Positions 12,154-25,160 of a DNA stretch of 64,000 nt are shown here, one piece after another. Numbering within the stretch: the stretch's first letter is position 1; each line of letters opens with the position of its first letter. The position numbers were made by a program, and so were the translations under genes. The stretch is from Adineta vaga (lineage: Eukaryota; Animalia; Rotifera). The notes beneath the pieces were generated by a model. That model was not told the DNA's origin and made no database searches. It worked only from the letters and a program-made list of their open reading frames with translations. The stretch lies in the NCBI GenBank assembly GCA_021613535.1, contig CP075492.1, forward strand, positions 6,634,001 to 6,698,000, given 5' to 3'.

Positions 12154-15100
12154 GGAGTATCATCATCAACTGGTAAGATGATGCAAACATCAACGCTTAT
12201 TATTTCTACACCTCCACAATATCATTACTATCTTTATCCACCACAACCGCAATCATCATCAACAAAAAAGAATCCAACGAACAATCGTACTATATCCAAT
12301 GTTAGTATGAATAGTATCAGTACCAATTCATCGTCTTCATCTTCATATGATTCTCAAATGCATGATCTTGATGATGAACCATTCTCTTATTCTGCTTATC
12401 AAAATAAGATTTATCAATCAGGATCCTATTCAACAACAAAACCAGTAATCCTATCAGATTCTGTGCAAGCTTTTTGGCCACCACAATCATCCGTTCACTT
12501 AAACAATGACCCTGAACAAATAAAACCAGCATCAACTAGAGAACAAGTAAGTTCATTAATATACTTGACCGTTTGTTCTTCATCTTAGTTTCTAACGAGA
12601 ATATATATCATTGACATAAACACCTGTTCAATTCGTTTCTTTTTAGAATAAACATTCCAATTTAATCAAACATAAACAATCAGAATTGAGGACAATACAA
12701 AATAATGTTCTAAGGTATGAATCATTTTTATTCCAATGATTAGAAACCATATGTCTCGTTTTTCTTTCCTTCTCTTTTGGTATATACATGCTATATAAAA
12801 ATGAATTATTCTGATTTTGTAGTTCGATGTATAGTGATGATTCATCGTCAATAAGCAATGGTAATCAAACTGATATTCTATCACCATCTTCGACATCATT
12901 AATATTAAATAATAAAGAAGAAGTTCGATCTTATACTGAACAAAATTTATTTCACAATCCAAGTTTACGAATAGGTATGAAATTGTTAATGATTATTTTC
13001 GAATAGACAGGTAAAGAAGAAGAAAAAACGTCTTGTTGAATATAATTGATTATGAATGGTCTAGGATATTTATAACATCGCAGTTGGCATTAGAAATGAG
13101 TAATATTAAGAATATTTCATGTGAATTGTCTATGAATGAATAATTTGTCTTTAATAGTTGAGATCTAAACTTTTCTGACATTTATATTCCTATTTATTTT
13201 GGTTCACCTTTTTCTACTCATCTCTTCTGTTCATTCTCGTTACTAAGTTATTTCTAATAAATCTTCCTAAACATTGACAATTACGAGCAAAGTAGTCAAT
13301 ATTTGATGATGAAACTGAAAAAAACTTCCAATTCATATTACATTAAAGTACATATTATAATATTTGCAACATGATCTTTATTTTTCCTTGCCATACAATC
13401 GATAGAATGATTAAAAAACAAAATATGACTCATTTCAACCTACCTACCTCTTTTCTTCTTCTTCTTCTTCTTCCACTCGTTTTCGAAAGTACTTAACCAT
13501 TTTCTTCTTTTTTTCAAGTCACACGACATTTCTTCATTTAGCATTATAAAATTTCAAATACGTGACTTTCCTTTTACTTTTACTCGAACTAAATCCAAAT
13601 CGTTTTCTTTTTCTTATTTTAAAGAGGTAATAGCTGTAAAAAGCGAAGAAAAAGGAGAAAAGAAACAAACGAGAGAAACATGTTTATCTCTTCGATTCAA
13701 CTACTTTAGTAAATACAACTTGTTCTTTTACCAATAAAGTCGTCTCGTCTTTCCTCTTTTTTTTACTGCATCTCTTAAGAGAAGAGGAAAAAATAAGTTC
13801 GTAAATTATTTGAATTTTCCTTTATTTAGCAAACGATACGTCATTTGAAGACACCCAAGCATCCTACTGTGAACGTTTACGTGAAAAATCTCGTTCAATA
13901 ACAAACAATCGATCGTTGACAATGAATGTGAATAATTCTTCTTTGTCTCGATCAAGGTCAAAAGATACTTTAAATAACCAAAGTGAAGATTGCAATTCTC
14001 TTAATCAAAATATTCTTCGACCGAAATCCGCTGGTCAAACACGTATACAAGCCTTACTTTCACCAGTTACACAAGAGATTGCCAATGATTTTCAATCAAA
14101 ACGACAATTTTTTGAAAATCGAATCTATTCAGATAATTTAACAAGTTCGAAAGTTTTTACTTTACCACCCACAACGAATCATCAACGACCTGTAACAAAG
14201 TAAGAAATTCAGATGATGATAGAATAGAAAGTTTCATTTGCACATGGCATCGTCTAGTTTTTTTCTTCTGTTCGATAAGAGAATTCGAATTCACATTAAT
14301 GATATAGAAAGAAATCGATTAGTTAAATGTATAGAATTTTGTTAATCAAAATGGAAAAATATCACTGAACAATGTTCAGATTTCATGTTTCATCGATATG
14401 TTCGTATAATTTCTCGAGAAACATTTGTTTTTCCCAGGAATACACTTTCGTTGTTGTAGTTGAAATAGCTGTTGTCGATGTAATATTCGTTGTATTTGTT
14501 GTATTAAATGGTGTTGTTGAGAATGGCGTCGTAGTTCTAAACGTTGTTGAAGTAGGAATAGGATAAGGTTTCATAAAAACAAATATTAGATAAATAATAG
14601 CTTGTAAGAATAGAATAAAAATTGTTAAATTAACAAACCAAAGTTTTTCGGCAAGAAGAATTCGTCGTTGAAAAAATGAATAGATACAAAAAACGAAAAA
14701 TATCGAGACAATTAAACTAATTAAAATAATAAAAAACTTTTTTTCTTCACCAGCTTGTACACATGCACATATAGCTGATGTTAAACATACTAAACCTGAT
14801 ACTATAAAAAATAAACGTGTATAACGTACATATTCCGGACTAATATCATGATAAAGCGGAGCACTTGCAGCACTTTTACTCGCCATGAATGAAAAGAATG
14901 AATTCTATGACACAAGAAAAAAGAAACATATCTTATCTTTTGTTTATCATTCATTTCTCATCGTTAAAATGTTTTAAAAGAATGATTTATCATTTTTCTA
15001 GGCAACCATCATCGTCTTCTGAGTCAATGATAAGAACAACAAAATATTTTGATTCACCATCAAATCAAGCTTCACTTCCACCAGCCGTCTATCGCAAACC

Positions 15101-16371
15101 AGTTCGAATTGTTAAAGCTGTCCAACGTTCAATTACAACACCACCAATCGACGAAAGTAAAACTTCTTCTTCTTCTTCTCCTCCAACAAAAATGAATTCA
15201 ACAAATGATTTATCGATTTCATCAATACCTTGTTCAACTAATGATCATCATCTTAGTTCGGAATATGTGAGAAATTTATTTCCAGTACCTGATCATCAAA
15301 AACGAAATCGTTCAAGACAAAATTCATCAACAAATACGAATAATGAGCATGTTCCCCAAACGGTAGGAAGAAAAAAAAGTACGAAAAAAAAAGAAATCTG
15401 TTTTTCCTTTCATAGGAAGATTTGTTGTTAAATCTAACAAAACGTTTGAAATCGTACAAAGAAAATCAACAAGTTATTAACGATGAAATTGAAATTAATA
15501 CTAAACTTGGTACAAAAGTACGTCAATAGAAGAGAAATAAAGTATTTCGAATCGAATGTATTCGTTTTTTGTTTTGTTTAGTTAATTCATATTATTGAAT
15601 CGGAAGGTGAAGTAAATGAAATTGGAAAATTCAAATTACATATCAATGAAATCGATACAATAACATCAGTTCTTCTCAAGCTTAGTACTCGTTTAGCTAA
15701 AGTCGAGAATGATTTATCGATGATTACCGATGCTGAAGATCAAATGAAGGTAAAGCATTTTGATTTATAGAAAATCTTAGAATTTTAACAGACAAATATT
15801 GCCGAAGGGAATAAAGCTATCAGACTACTTGCTTGAATTGTTTTATCCATTAATCAGCAAAGTAAGCTCTATCATTTGCTATGTCTAGCATACGATGATT
15901 ACTGTCGATGTGAGATGCATAGAATGAACATGTTGATTACGACATCAGAGTTATTTTCAGAGGAAATGAACTTTTCTATTTTAGGCAATTTTACTTGATC
16001 GTCGCGAAAAAATTCAACAAAAACATGACGAAGCCAAATCATTGAAAGATGGAATTGATCGACGTAGTCGGGTAGTAACAAATATTCTTCAGAAGTATCT
16101 GTCTACTGAACAATGTGATGATTATGATCATTTTATTCGAATGAAATCCACTTTATTAATCGATGCAAAGGATATTGAAGAAAATATTGCTTTGATTGAA
16201 AAACAAATTCAACTTCTTCAATCATCATCTAATGTAAATAATCAATCTTATTCATCAACATCGATTATGGAAAATTTACAACGATCAAATTCTATTACAA
16301 GTCCAACACCAACTCATCATATCGATAATCTTCAAACAAATTATTCTAATACTATATCAACAACGGCCTAG
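9483..16371 (+). CDS. Shroom: Shroom family protein (multi-exon, S/T-rich, C-terminal ASD2 domain)
   Basis: Spliced 3' exons (~15416-16371) read LVKSLTKRL..EIGKFKLHINEIDTITSVLLKLSTRLAKVEN..KHDEAKSLKDGIDRRSRVV..DYDHFIRMKSTLLIDAKDIEE, the ASD2 signature. Upstream S/T-rich ORFs are bounded by GT-AG introns. Start and internal exon set are approximate. Confidence 0.85.
14383..14886 (-). CDS. Nested antisense ORF: 3-TM membrane protein with Thr-rich mucin-like tail (167 aa)
   Basis: ATG-initiated ORF with three hydrophobic segments and a TTT-rich tail. It lies wholly inside a Shroom intron (~14200-15001). Confidence 0.65.
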   Translation of the reverse strand: MASKSAASAPLYHDISPEYVRYTRLFFIVSGLVCLTSAICACVQAGEEKKFFIILISLIVSIFFVFCIYSFFQRRILLAEKLWFVNLTIFILFLQAIIYLIFVFMKPYPIPTSTTFRTTTPFSTTPFNTTNTTNITSTTAISTTTTKVYSWEKQMFLEKLYEHIDET

Positions 16372-19300
16372 TCAGTCGTTCTTGGAAATTCTCTTTCTTA
16401 TTCAGTACATATTTATATTTTTGTTCTCTCTTTCAAAGACTTTTCGAAACAACAAATTACGTTGTTTCCATTTCATATGAACTAGCATTATATTGTTCGT
16501 TCGTTCGTTCGTTTTTCTTCTCGATGTTGACCGGTTTTCTCTATGGATTGATCTGGCATGTTATAAAAATTGATTGTATAAGAGGCACAAAGAAAAGGAG
16601 TTTCTAATCGATAATTCGATATTTTTATTTCATGAATTCAAAGATATAGGTCATGATAGTATCAATTGAAACACCTTGAAGACTCATCTAGTTGACGATT
16701 ATGGTTATGAGTATTCATATCTATCATAAACAAAACAAATAATGGTATATTTTTTAAATTCTTTTTCTTCACTTGTTATCAAGGAAAAAAAACGATAAAG
16801 GAAACTAAGAGCCCCTAATGAAAGTCATAATGATAGTTTTATGGTTATGAGTATTCATTTCTTTTCAAAACATCAATTTAAAACAAGCAAATATGGTTAT
16901 TTTTAGAAGAGATTGTTCCACTAGGAAATGATCCGAATAAAGATAGTCATGAATAAGTTACATTTCAACATTCAATCAATAAATCACCAGACAACGAACA
17001 TCGAATACGCCTTTCAACATGTCAAATCATTATTCTCAAATAATCATTTCGAAATACTTATTTTAACATTTCTTTTCTTTTTTTTTTTCTCATCGAGATT
17101 ATTCATTAAAAAGCTATCAAATATATGTCTCGAATATCGCGAACAAAAGAAAAGTTCACAAAAACATTCGAAGGTGTTAACATTCAAGTTGATATTGAAT
17201 CTTATTTGTCGAAATTAATCGACATATATCAGTCTCTAATTGTTTCGAAGATAACACCTAATCCTCTTAACAGTTCAATTATTCAACATTGTATCTGCTC
17301 TGATATGATCATGATGAAGAGAAAGAAAAGGAAAAAAGGGCAAGATTCTAATCGTACTGACATTTGTTTTAGCAGATGTGAAGTATTCAGGCTATATCAC
17401 TCAAACAAAACGTCATCTGTATTGAATGAAGATGATTTTTTTCTTCTTTTTAACTCGAGTCAACAATTCATGTTTTCTGCGCCATGCTTTGAACTTTTTC
17501 TATTCGTTGAGTAAGATCAAAAAGTGACAACCAATCATATGGATATACATGGAAGAAATTTACACATCCTGAATAGTAGTCAAAAAACACACTGAAAGTC
17601 ATATCCGAAATAGAATTATATGCTCTTGATTTTTCCACACTCTCTAGACAGAAAAAAAGTATCTAGAGACAATATTCCGACAAAAAGGACAATATTCCGA
17701 CAAAGGACCACTCCCTTCTTGAGTGCCAATGTGTGTGTGTGTGTGTTTGATGATGGTGTCAAATATGCAAATATGAATTAATTCGCTTCTCTTTCATGCT
17801 CATGATTGTGATTGTATAGGATACTCATTTCTTTGCATATCCGTATAATTTAAGTAAGCGCCATTTGGTATTTGATAAGATCTATTCACAGAAAGAAGGA
17901 AAAAAAATTCTCGTCTGTCTCAAGAGGATCTCATACATATATTTTTGTATGGTGTTAAATTTATTGTATCTCTCTATTGGTAATTTGAAGGTGATTGATG
18001 GTGTATTAAATACACAAGAGAATTATTCATCGAGAACTATTTGTTGTTTAGTTGACAACACTGGCGTCATGTAGAGATATGAAATGATTGGATCTATTGA
18101 CATATACAATGGATTAAGAACAACTGATGAAAATGAAAACGAAAGAATATAGACAAATATCACCTAGTTGTCAAACTGATCATAGCAATAATAGTCGGCT
18201 TATTCATATCGTTCTGAAATTGAATAGGTGATAGGTTTGATATAGAAAAAACAGAATCTTTATCCTCTTTACTTGTCAAATAGATGAGAAATATGACTTG
18301 TATATATTTGATTTTGTTGTTCTTCGATCGTCACGAAACAAAAAATTAATTAAAAAGCACCACCTCATTTTTCAAGTGTTTATATATATTATTAATATCG
18401 TGTCTTCAAGTATATTTACAAAGAATTTTCTTCCCATTCTGTCAATCAATAATTAATCTGTAGAGTTATGACAGGTGGTGAATTTGTTGCATACAAATCT
18501 ATCTTGATGTTATGTTCTTTTTTTTTCAAAAAGAATCATTAGTAAACAGACATGATGAATTTGATAAGAACAACGTATTGATAATTAAATAGAAGGCAAG
18601 CACGCACTTGGTTAGTAAGAAAGAAATAAGATCTTATTGAGAAATTGAATCTATGTCATTAGATCAAATAACTATCCAACCAATGTTTGGAAATTAATTC
18701 ATCAATTCAAATGGATTCTTTTGTATTAGAATAATCAACTAGGAGAATGAGACTGAGAGAAAGAAGGAGAAAAGGTCAATTTGTTCTTTTGTTATAAATA
18801 TATATGGTTAATATCAGCTGCAGTTGTTCTCGCCTTCTGTCAATTTGTATGACAAGAGTGTTAATGAGTTTCTTTTACATTCTGTCTCAAATGAAAAATA
18901 TTACAAATAGAATACTTTCTTCTTCTTTTTTGTTTTTTTTTAATGAGAGATACTTTCCAAGACATGTGTGATCGATAGCCCGAAGCTTCTGTTCATCCAA
19001 TGTAACATACATTTATATATACAATCGTCAACTAGAGAGAAAAGAGATCTTTTGTGCCGATTTCAAATCATTATCGTGAATAACATGTACCACCCTAAAG
19101 CATTGAACGACATATGTGAAAAGAAAAAGACGAGATTTTTTTTCGTTCTTTTCTCTCGGGTTTTTTTTCAACATCATCATCATCAACAGATGAAGTTGTC
19201 AAATTGTAACCAATCATTGAACTCGACAAGCAGCTGTTTTTTTGCTTCTTACATAGAAAAAGAAAGGAAAGAAGAACAAACGTACGACCCGGTCGAGAAA

Positions 19301-19678
19301 TATATGGTTTGTACTGCTTTCACTTTGTCGACAATCAGCTGTGTTAAACAAGAACATAGACGACGGAAAAAAAGAAATATATATAACCATCGACGAAGAA
19401 AAAGAAAGAGAGAGAATGAGAGAATAGAAAAAGAGAGAAAAAAGAGGAGAGAAGGAGAGAAAAAGAGTAACGGCTTCCTTGCAATACATTTTTAGTTCAG
19501 AGCGAGTGTGCGACGACAACGACACTATACCATCATACAACTCAACTCTCCTTTCGGTGACATACATATAGATAAAGGTAACATCTGAAAAACTACTTTT
19601 CCTTATTCACTCTAATCCTATTCTCCCATAGAAAAACGATGTCATCGCCAACGTCGACAACTCATCAATTTACACGCA

Positions 19679-20416
19679 ATGCATCTTGTCCAACTCAAGG
19701 TACATTATCAAAATTCAACAAGTTTAACTAGTAGAAAATATAGTTCGTCAACAAACACATTACATAATTATTCAAATCCAACGAATCCATCTTCAACAAC
19801 AACAGCAACGTCAACGTCAAAAAAAGAGAATAATTCAAATATTCTTCAAAGAATTAAAACTGGTGTGGTGAATTTTTTTAAACAAATTTCAAATGATAAT
19901 GTTTTAAAACCAGTTGATATTCAACAATCAACATTTCTCTACGATCCTGAACTCGATCTTCGTGAAGAACATATCTCATTGATATCCAAACGATTATTAA
20001 CGACATTGCGTGAAAATAAAATCAAACATTTATCATGTGATAATCTCTTTCTTCCATGTAATCATCTACGAAATATTGCTAAACAATGTTTAATTATGGC
20101 TGCAGAAGAACCATTTGGTATTATGGGTGCACAGATTCGAATCAAACTAACATCCTTATCAACGAATCTCATGTCGACAACAACAAAATATCTTCCATTG
20201 ATTCGAATCAATCCAAAACAAAAGACCATCTTTGAAATCGAGATTGATCTTCATGAAGATACGAAAGTGTTTACATTGAGAAGATTTCTACCTGAAATGA
20301 AATTATTCAAACAATTGAAAGAGAAAAGTCCGTTGTATGTAAGTCCCCGGTGTTTACTTGTGAAAAATGTGTTTTATAAAACAGCTGAACCAAAACGAGC
20401 AATTATTGATACATAA
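19679..20416 (+). CDS. DDIT4: DDIT4/REDD1 (scylla/charybde, RTP801) family protein, copy 1
   Basis: LRENKIKHLSCDNLFLPCNHLRNIAKQCLIMAAEEPFGIMGAQI matches the RTP801_C motif (..LAYSEPCGLRGA..). Probable 5'-UTR intron at ~19578-19631. Confidence 0.85.
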   Translation: MHLVQLKVHYQNSTSLTSRKYSSSTNTLHNYSNPTNPSSTTTATSTSKKENNSNILQRIKTGVVNFFKQISNDNVLKPVDIQQSTFLYDPELDLREEHISLISKRLLTTLRENKIKHLSCDNLFLPCNHLRNIAKQCLIMAAEEPFGIMGAQIRIKLTSLSTNLMSTTTKYLPLIRINPKQKTIFEIEIDLHEDTKVFTLRRFLPEMKLFKQLKEKSPLYVSPRCLLVKNVFYKTAEPKRAIIDT

Positions 20417-21412
20417 CAAAGCAAGTATTCAACGAAAGGACATATCTATTTGTTGGTTTTTCTATTTCAATGTAGGCAATATTTATTCGCGTAGTATCGT
20501 TTATATTTCTAGGCAAATCCTCGTTTTTTTCTTTTTTTTCTTCTTCTCTTCTTTTTCGTTGTCTGTTCGTTGTCATGTCAGATGACAAGAATCTGCTTGT
20601 GTGGCCTGTTTTTTCCTTCGAACCTTCTGAGAATGATCCATTACAAAAAGCCATTTTTTTTTGTTATTCAAAAGTAAAGAATCAAATATTAAATATTATT
20701 CGAGATAAAACTCTTTCGTCTTTTCTTTCTTCTTTATTTATATTATCTATTTTTTGTTGTTGTGATGACCTGCCATTTTGTCTTGTCTGTATTGTATCAT
20801 TTGCCATTCTCATATAAGCATTTCTTTTCCCTCTCGTTTGCTCTCTCACTCTCTTACCATCTTCTATCTATCTATTCATATGTTGTTTTGTAACGCTATA
20901 TTCCATGCATACATATGTTCTTTTTATATGTGAATCTATATCTATATAAATACGGTTTTACCGGTCTTCCGATAGGAGCAATAAAAACAAAAAAGAAAAT
21001 AACAGACAACGAACTGATTAATCTTATACGGACTACGAATGTTGACACATCACGATATGAGAACTTTCTTTTCTTTCCTTTTCTTTCCTTGAATGTCGAT
21101 CAGATGTAGAAAAAAAGTGCACAATCTCAAACAGCTGATTCGATACGTCCACGCTACACAGACAACTAATTCAATAACATACAAACACATGTGAAACGGA
21201 TCGTTGATGAGAAAAAAAGCATTATGCACACACAGTGACGATATAGAATTTAACTCATGAAAGAACGACTACAGGCATCTCGCTCTCTCTCTCTTTCTTT
21301 CTGGTCGTCGATTTCTTTTTTACTTAATAATCATCATTTTCTGATTATTACTTGACCTTAGTATTTATTCTACATGATGTTTCTTTTTCGCTTCAATCGT
21401 AAATGTAAGTAA

Positions 21413-21421
21413 TACACACAT

Positions 21422-21459
<38 letters not shown>
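21413..21459. repeat. Compound (CA)n(TA)n microsatellite
   Basis: Directly visible. Confidence 0.85.
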
Positions 21460-21466
<7 letters not shown>

Positions 21467-23577
21467 CGTGTATATTGATTTAAATCACTTTTACCATGCA
21501 TTTATGCTGTATAAAATGATAGATTGAAGGTCATCATGATAGCAGTGTGAATGAGAAGATAAATCCGAAAACGAGTGATAATAACACTAAAAGTCAAGAG
21601 AGATTTGTGAAACGATGACAAAATCACAATCAGTTGGCTCTCGAGAAACAACAACGTCCTGCTGATGAGAATCGATATGTACAGGACCTTAATATTCGAT
21701 GATTGAAATAATGTCATGCTGAGTTGTCATAGAAAAAGTAAAAACGAAAACGCTCATTTCGATATCATAATGTGAAAAATGTAATCGATTTCTTTTTTTT
21801 TTTTGTATGAAACAATATTGATATTTGCTCGATATGATGTTGGTGGTATTGTTCTTGTTGTGCGGTGTTTATAAATGGATTAGGATATAATAGTTTGTTG
21901 AAAGTCTTTGCTTTTCGACTGAAAAGCATGAAAAAGTATTGATGATAATCGAAGGACCAGTTTCTATTGAGAGTGAGGCCTTGAAAAACAGTGATGGTAA
22001 CATTAGTTTCTTTTTCGAATTTCTGTTTCAATGATGATTACATATTCAAAACAACAGGCTTTGTCGCTTTTAGATAAGCGTACGAGAACAATGTTTTTTT
22101 AGAATAAAACTATAAGAGGTGAAAAGAACGATGCGTGCATTTTCCAAGAGTTATAACCGTAACAGACGTCCATTACTTCGAGCGAAAAATCGTACTCTCT
22201 ATCCACTATAACATTCTTTCACATATGTTCCTTTGAACTTTTCGGATCGCCATATCTTCTACACTTTTATTTGAAGAGCAAAGCTTATACAATCTTCGTC
22301 GTGAATGGTAAGACACTTTAAATCTTTTAACACAGTTTTCACCCTCAAAATAAAGTCCTTAATCGACTTTTTGATTTCTCGCAGATTCATCAGAGATTAA
22401 ATCATGACGAAAACTAATGTGTGAATGAAGGATATCTTCAAACAACTTTCAAAAGCAACGATAATAGTTAACAAGCAAAGTAAACAATTGTCAATTTCTT
22501 TCCAAGTGTATATCTTTACAAAGGAGTAAGAGAGAGAGAGAGAGAAAGGCAAAGAAAAGCCAGAGCATTCTTTTCACCTTGATTTCTTCTTCTTCTTTTT
22601 TCGCAGCCTGTTGATTCTGTTACCACAATACTTAAATGAAAAGAACAAGAAAGCACATTTCAGCGTCAATAGCAAGTAACTCAGTCATCGTTTCTTTCTC
22701 TCATTCAGTGTAAGTCTGGCGGTAGCTTTGTTATTTGTTTCCATCGATGTTCACATTTGCCTTGCCTGTATTTCTTTTGTAGATTTTATCGATATTAAAT
22801 CATGGCATTATTGACTTTCGATATCGATGTGTTTCGTAAATATTGATCATGTATAGAAGCGATCTGGAGTGCATATTTGTAGCGAGAAAGATTTTGTTTT
22901 TCAATAGCAACTCTACACCACCCTTGTCGGATATATATATACATATGCATACATCTCGGTTGTTTGTCTGATCGATCGATCGATCAAGTTGACGAGAAGA
23001 AGAAGAAGAAGAAGAAGAAGAGATCAAGGCAGATTTGTTTGATAACCTTGTCTGTTCAATATTCGAAGAAAAAAACACTGTCATTTCTCATGTTTGATAT
23101 AGTAGTACAGAGAGCTTAGAGCAATGAGCAGGTGTATCTTTTATGTTTGATGTAACCTTATCAGTATTCATAGGCGTCGAATAACACAATTTATTTTGTT
23201 ATCTTTTACGGTTTTTTTCTTCTTCATGTGCATACGAAAGAAAAAATAATAATTCAAAAAGAAGAAGAAATGAAAGAGTGTATGTATGGTTGGTTCTAGA
23301 TGTATTGACTAAGTTTGTATGAAGTCATTTATCGAACACAAAGGAAAAGGTGTGAGCCATACAGGAATGTTTCGATACCAGCCAAGGAGAAGAGAAAAGA
23401 ATAGTAAAGAGAGAAAAGAAAAAAGGAGGCAGAAGCAATAATAACATCGTGCAACACTGTTGTTTTAGCAATTTAATATTAATAAGGCTTCGGTTTGTGG
23501 ATAGTCTGCATTCTTTCAAACCCTAAAGATTTTTCATTTTCTTCTCTTTTATTTCAGATTGAATAAAATAAAAAACG

Positions 23578-24096
23578 ATGATAAACAATCTTCATCATCA
23601 ATCAACTTTTCTCTACGATCCTGAACTCGATCTTCGTGAAGAACATATCTCATTGATATCCAAACGATTATTAACGACATTGCGTGAAAATAAAATCAAA
23701 CATTTATCATGTGATAATCTCTTTCTTCCATGTAATCATCTACGAAATATTGCTAAACAATGTTTAATTATGGCTGCAGAAGAACCATTTGGTATTATGG
23801 GTGCACAGATTCGAATCAAACTAACATCCTTATCAACGAATCTCATGTCGACAACAACAAAATATCTTCCATTGATTCGAATCAATCCAAAACAAAAGAC
23901 AATCTTTGAAATCGAGATTGATCTTCATGAAGATACGAAAGTGTTTACATTGAGAAGATTTCTACCTGAAATGAAATTATTCAAACAATTGAAAGAGAAA
24001 AGTCCGTTGTATGTAAGTCCCCGGTGTTTACTTGTGAAAAATGTGTTTTATAAAATAGCTGACCCGAAACAAGCGATAATTAATTCTATGACATAG
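23578..24096 (+). CDS. DDIT4: DDIT4/REDD1 (scylla/charybde) family protein, copy 2
   Basis: Same RTP801_C core as copy 1 with a short, different N-terminus. Splice acceptor (tttcag) ~20 nt upstream of the ATG. Confidence 0.85.
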   Translation: MINNLHHQSTFLYDPELDLREEHISLISKRLLTTLRENKIKHLSCDNLFLPCNHLRNIAKQCLIMAAEEPFGIMGAQIRIKLTSLSTNLMSTTTKYLPLIRINPKQKTIFEIEIDLHEDTKVFTLRRFLPEMKLFKQLKEKSPLYVSPRCLLVKNVFYKIADPKQAIINSMT

Positions 24097-25160
24097 TTTT
24101 TCTATTTAAAACAACATTTTTTCATTATTCTGGTGAGTCAGATTTTATATATTGTAAAAGACAAGAGAGAGAGAATATTTCTTTCCTAGATTAGTTTATT
24201 TCGTATATGAATCTCTCTTTTGTTTCTTTTCAAATGCATAGATGTTTGCGAATGTGCGTGCGCTTTTCTATTGTTAAATATGGTGATAAACATCAATAAA
24301 CTATTGTTCTTATTGCAATTAGAAATAATATATTCAAATATTTATGAACGAATCGAGGTGGTTGAGAAAATATCAAAGAATTATTAATTAAAAGTCAATA
24401 ATAAATTCTTGAAGGAAAAGATTCTTCTAGTATCGAATACCTAGAAATGATTTGATTTAGAATTCGATTTTAATTCTTTATTGATATGAATCAAAATAAG
24501 ATATTGATGGAAGAAAAACAAATATTGAGGACATTTAAAATGATTTGCTTGTGATTCATTGTATTTCGAATGAAATTTTTTATGCATAATTATTCACTAC
24601 AATTTCAGTCAACTTTTCTTTTCAATTTCTCAAAATCAAAACGAAATGTCAATCTATAATTATATAAAACTGAAATATGAATGGTTTCTAAAAAAAGAAT
24701 TCTATTATATTTCTTATTCTATTCATACATCTTTTCTATTGAATTTTCAACTACTTAGTTAATTCATATGTTTGTATACATTGACATGTATACAAAGAAT
24801 TATTCATATTTCGATGGATTTTTTTTTCTTTTCTTTTGGATATTTAACTTCATGACATGAAGGACATTTCTCGATTTTCTTATTCTCGTCTTTGATCTTA
24901 AGAAAATGAATGGTCATGACGCATAGGAATCGAATTTCTTTTACTTACATCTGTCTATTGGAAATATATTAAAAAAAAAGAGGAAAATTGTATTCAATGT
25001 TGACGAGTTGTGCCCTCTGTAACAGCTTGTGAAGGATTGGCATCTTTTCTCTCTAAGATAGTCACATTCAACGATAAGGAATGAATAAGAAAAAAAATGC
25101 TATACGATCTTAATCATAAAAAGAAAAAGACGAGGCCATATATCAAACATTATCATAACA

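Noticed and set aside
17641-17706. 8-bp inverted repeat (TCTCTAGA/TCTAGAGA) and a 21-bp-period tandem duplication
   Set aside because: Too short to separate from slippage or chance.
18968-19567. 175-aa plus and 117-aa minus ORFs upstream of DDIT4
   Set aside because: Derived from GA/A-rich low-complexity promoter or UTR sequence.
21765-22470. Coding-like patch with splice-like signals and an A/T run between the DDIT4 copies
   Set aside because: No consistent reading frame or recognisable motif on either strand; it may be a decayed gene or lncRNA but I cannot support that.
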